Below are positions 61,824-64,000 of a stretch of DNA of 64,000 bases, in pieces (the stretch's first letter is position 1; each line of letters opens with the position of its first letter). The stretch is taken from positions 16,336,633 to 16,400,632 of the forward strand of contig OZ037769.1 in NCBI GenBank assembly GCA_964035545.1. The letters are read 5' to 3'. A program made the position numbers and the translations under genes. The notes beneath the pieces are model-generated. The model saw only the letters and a program-made list of their open reading frames with translations, was not told the origin of the DNA and searched no databases. The DNA comes from Bugula neritina. Taxonomy: Eukaryota; Animalia; Bryozoa.

Positions 61824-62515
61824 ACTCTACCATACAATACTAACTCTACCATACAATACTAACTCTACCATACAATACTAACTCTACCATACAATACTAA
61901 CTCTACCATACAATACTATCTCTACCATACAATACTAACTCTACCATACAATACTGACTCTACCATACAATACTGACTCTACCATACAATACTAACTCTA
62001 CCATACAATACTAAGTCTACCATACAATACTAACTCTGCCATACAATACTAACTTTACCATACAATACTAACTGTACTATATAATACTAACTCTACCATA
62101 CAATACTAACTCTACCATACAATACTAACTCTACCATACAATACTAACTCTACCATACAATACTATCTCTACCATACAATACTAACTCTACCATACAATA
62201 CTGACTCTACCATACAATACTGACTCTACCATACAATACTAACTCTGCCATACAATACTAACTCTACCATACAATACTAAGTCTACCATACAATACTAAC
62301 TCTACCATACAATACTAACTATACCATACAATACTAACTCTACCATACAATACTAACTCTACCATACAATACTAACTATACCATACAATACTAACTCTAC
62401 CATACAATACTAAATCTATCATACAATACTAACTCTACCATACAATACTAACTCTATCATACAGTACTAACTCTACCATACAATACTAACTCTACCATAC
62501 AATACAAACTCTATA
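61824..62515. repeat. 20-bp minisatellite downstream of TRIM copy 4
   Basis: aatactaactctaccatac-type units. Confidence 0.96.
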
Positions 62516-62886
62516 ACACAAAATTAATGCACATAACTCATTCCGTTTCTAATTTATTTTGAAATTTTCTACCAAATTAGAAGTTATAAACTGTGCATAG
62601 AAAATTGTTAAAGCATTTTAAAATACAGCATAACACTCCACTAACTTAATTGTTAATTGTGGCTAAATCCATGATACTAGTTACAGCAAGACAAAAAGAT
62701 GTAATATTACAAATTTATTTAAAAGAAGATATAAAATCATGTAGTAAATAGAAAAGTTATTCATGCAGTGAATTACTTAGAATAATATTAGCCCATATCA
62801 TGTGAATTCAACTTTAAAATAGTTTATCAAATCAAGATTCCAATTCCCTGTCTATTGACAGACAAGTAGAAAGTAGAGCAGACTGT

Positions 62887-63020
62887 TCAGTCTATTTGGT
62901 AGAACAGTACTTTACATTCATTGAATCTCGGGACTATCAGAGTATTTCCTGTCACGTGCAGATCATATACATTAAAGTTAGTTCTTATAGCAGCATCTGA
63001 GATCTCTGTCAGCAGTTTAC
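62887..63020 (-). CDS. TRIM-NHL-like gene copy 4, last exon (gene continues beyond the right edge)
   Basis: 134-nt exon GKLLTEISDAAIRTNFNVYDLHVTGNTLIVPRFNECKVLFYQID*, homologous to 34080-34213. Confidence 0.85.
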
Positions 63021-64000
63021 CTGAATATATGAATATATAATGTAGGTTAGTAAGTATATAATGTAGGTTAGTAAGTATATAATGTAGACTAGTAAGTATA
63101 TAATGTAGATTAGTAAGTATATAATGTAGATTAGTAAGTATATAATGTAGATTAGTAAGTATATAGTGTAGATTAGTAAGTATATAATGTAGATTAGTAA
63201 GTATATAATGTAGATTAGTAAGTATATAATGTAGATTAGTAAGTATATAATGTAGATTAGTAAGTATATAATGTAGATTAGTAAGTATATAATATAGATT
63301 AGTAAGTATATAGTGTAGACTAGTAAGTATATAATGTAGATTAGTAAGTATATAATATAGATTAGTAAGTATATAATATAGATTAGTAAGTATATAATGT
63401 AGATTAGTAAGTATATAATATAGATTAGTAAGTATATAATATAGATTAGTAAGTATATAATGTAGATTAGTACGTATATAATGTAGATTAGTAAGTATAT
63501 AATGTAGATTAGTAAGTACATAATATAGATTAGCAAGTATATAATATAGATTTATAAGTATATAGTGTAGATTAGTAAGTAAATAATGTAGATTAGTAAG
63601 TATATAATTTAGATTAGTAAGTATATAATGTAGATTAGTAAGTATATAATGTAGATTGGTAAGTATATAATTTAGATTAGTAAGTATATAATGTAGATTA
63701 GTAAGTATATAATGTAGATTAGTAAGTATATAATGTAGATTAGTAAGTACATAATATAGATTAGCAAGTATATAATATAGATTTATAAGTATATAGTGTA
63801 GATTAGTAAGTAAATAATGTAGATTAGTAAGTATATAATTTAGATTAGTAAGTATATAATGTAGATTAGTAAGTATATAATGTAGATTGGTAAGTATATA
63901 ATTTAGATTAGTAAGTATATAATATAGATTTATAAGTATATAGTGTAGATTAGTAAGTAAATAATGTAGATTAGTAAGTATATAATTTAGATTAGTAAGT
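63021..64000 (-). repeat. 21-bp minisatellite last intron of TRIM copy 4 (at least 980 bp)
   Basis: atgtagattagtaagtatata units to the window end. Confidence 0.96.

Noticed and set aside
63009-63536. LLIYIIY repeat membrane-protein ORFs (also 13789-13986 and 33900-34115)
   Set aside because: Translations of the intronic 21-bp minisatellite.

Overview
AT-rich, intron-containing animal (invertebrate-type) genomic DNA; the species cannot be determined from the sequence. 1-7.1 kb holds the 5' half of a Shaw/Kv3-like voltage-gated K+ channel gene on the minus strand. Its reading frame needs a 3n+1 exon, and the best candidate is a 13-nt microexon buried in a long pre-mRNA hairpin. 9-64 kb is a recently duplicated and inverted cluster of four TRIM (RING-Bbox-Bbox-coiled coil-NHL-like beta-propeller) genes: one intact (610 aa), one frameshifted, one 5'-deleted and one running off the window. 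Their propeller loops are hypervariable and their last intron is a pure 21-bp minisatellite. Three Ty3/Gypsy LTR elements share a tRNA-Leu PBS, a pre-PPT hairpin and a GTAT target duplication. Two of them, with unrelated LTRs, sit at exactly the same nucleotide in two TRIM paralogs. Two are RT-less derivatives carrying an extra spliced gene for a zinc-finger/coiled-coil protein. Also present: three copies of a 1.76-kb non-autonomous hAT-like transposon (two at rearrangement breakpoints), a tRNA-derived SINE family, an unclassified 3.5-kb TG..CA insertion and several satellites.
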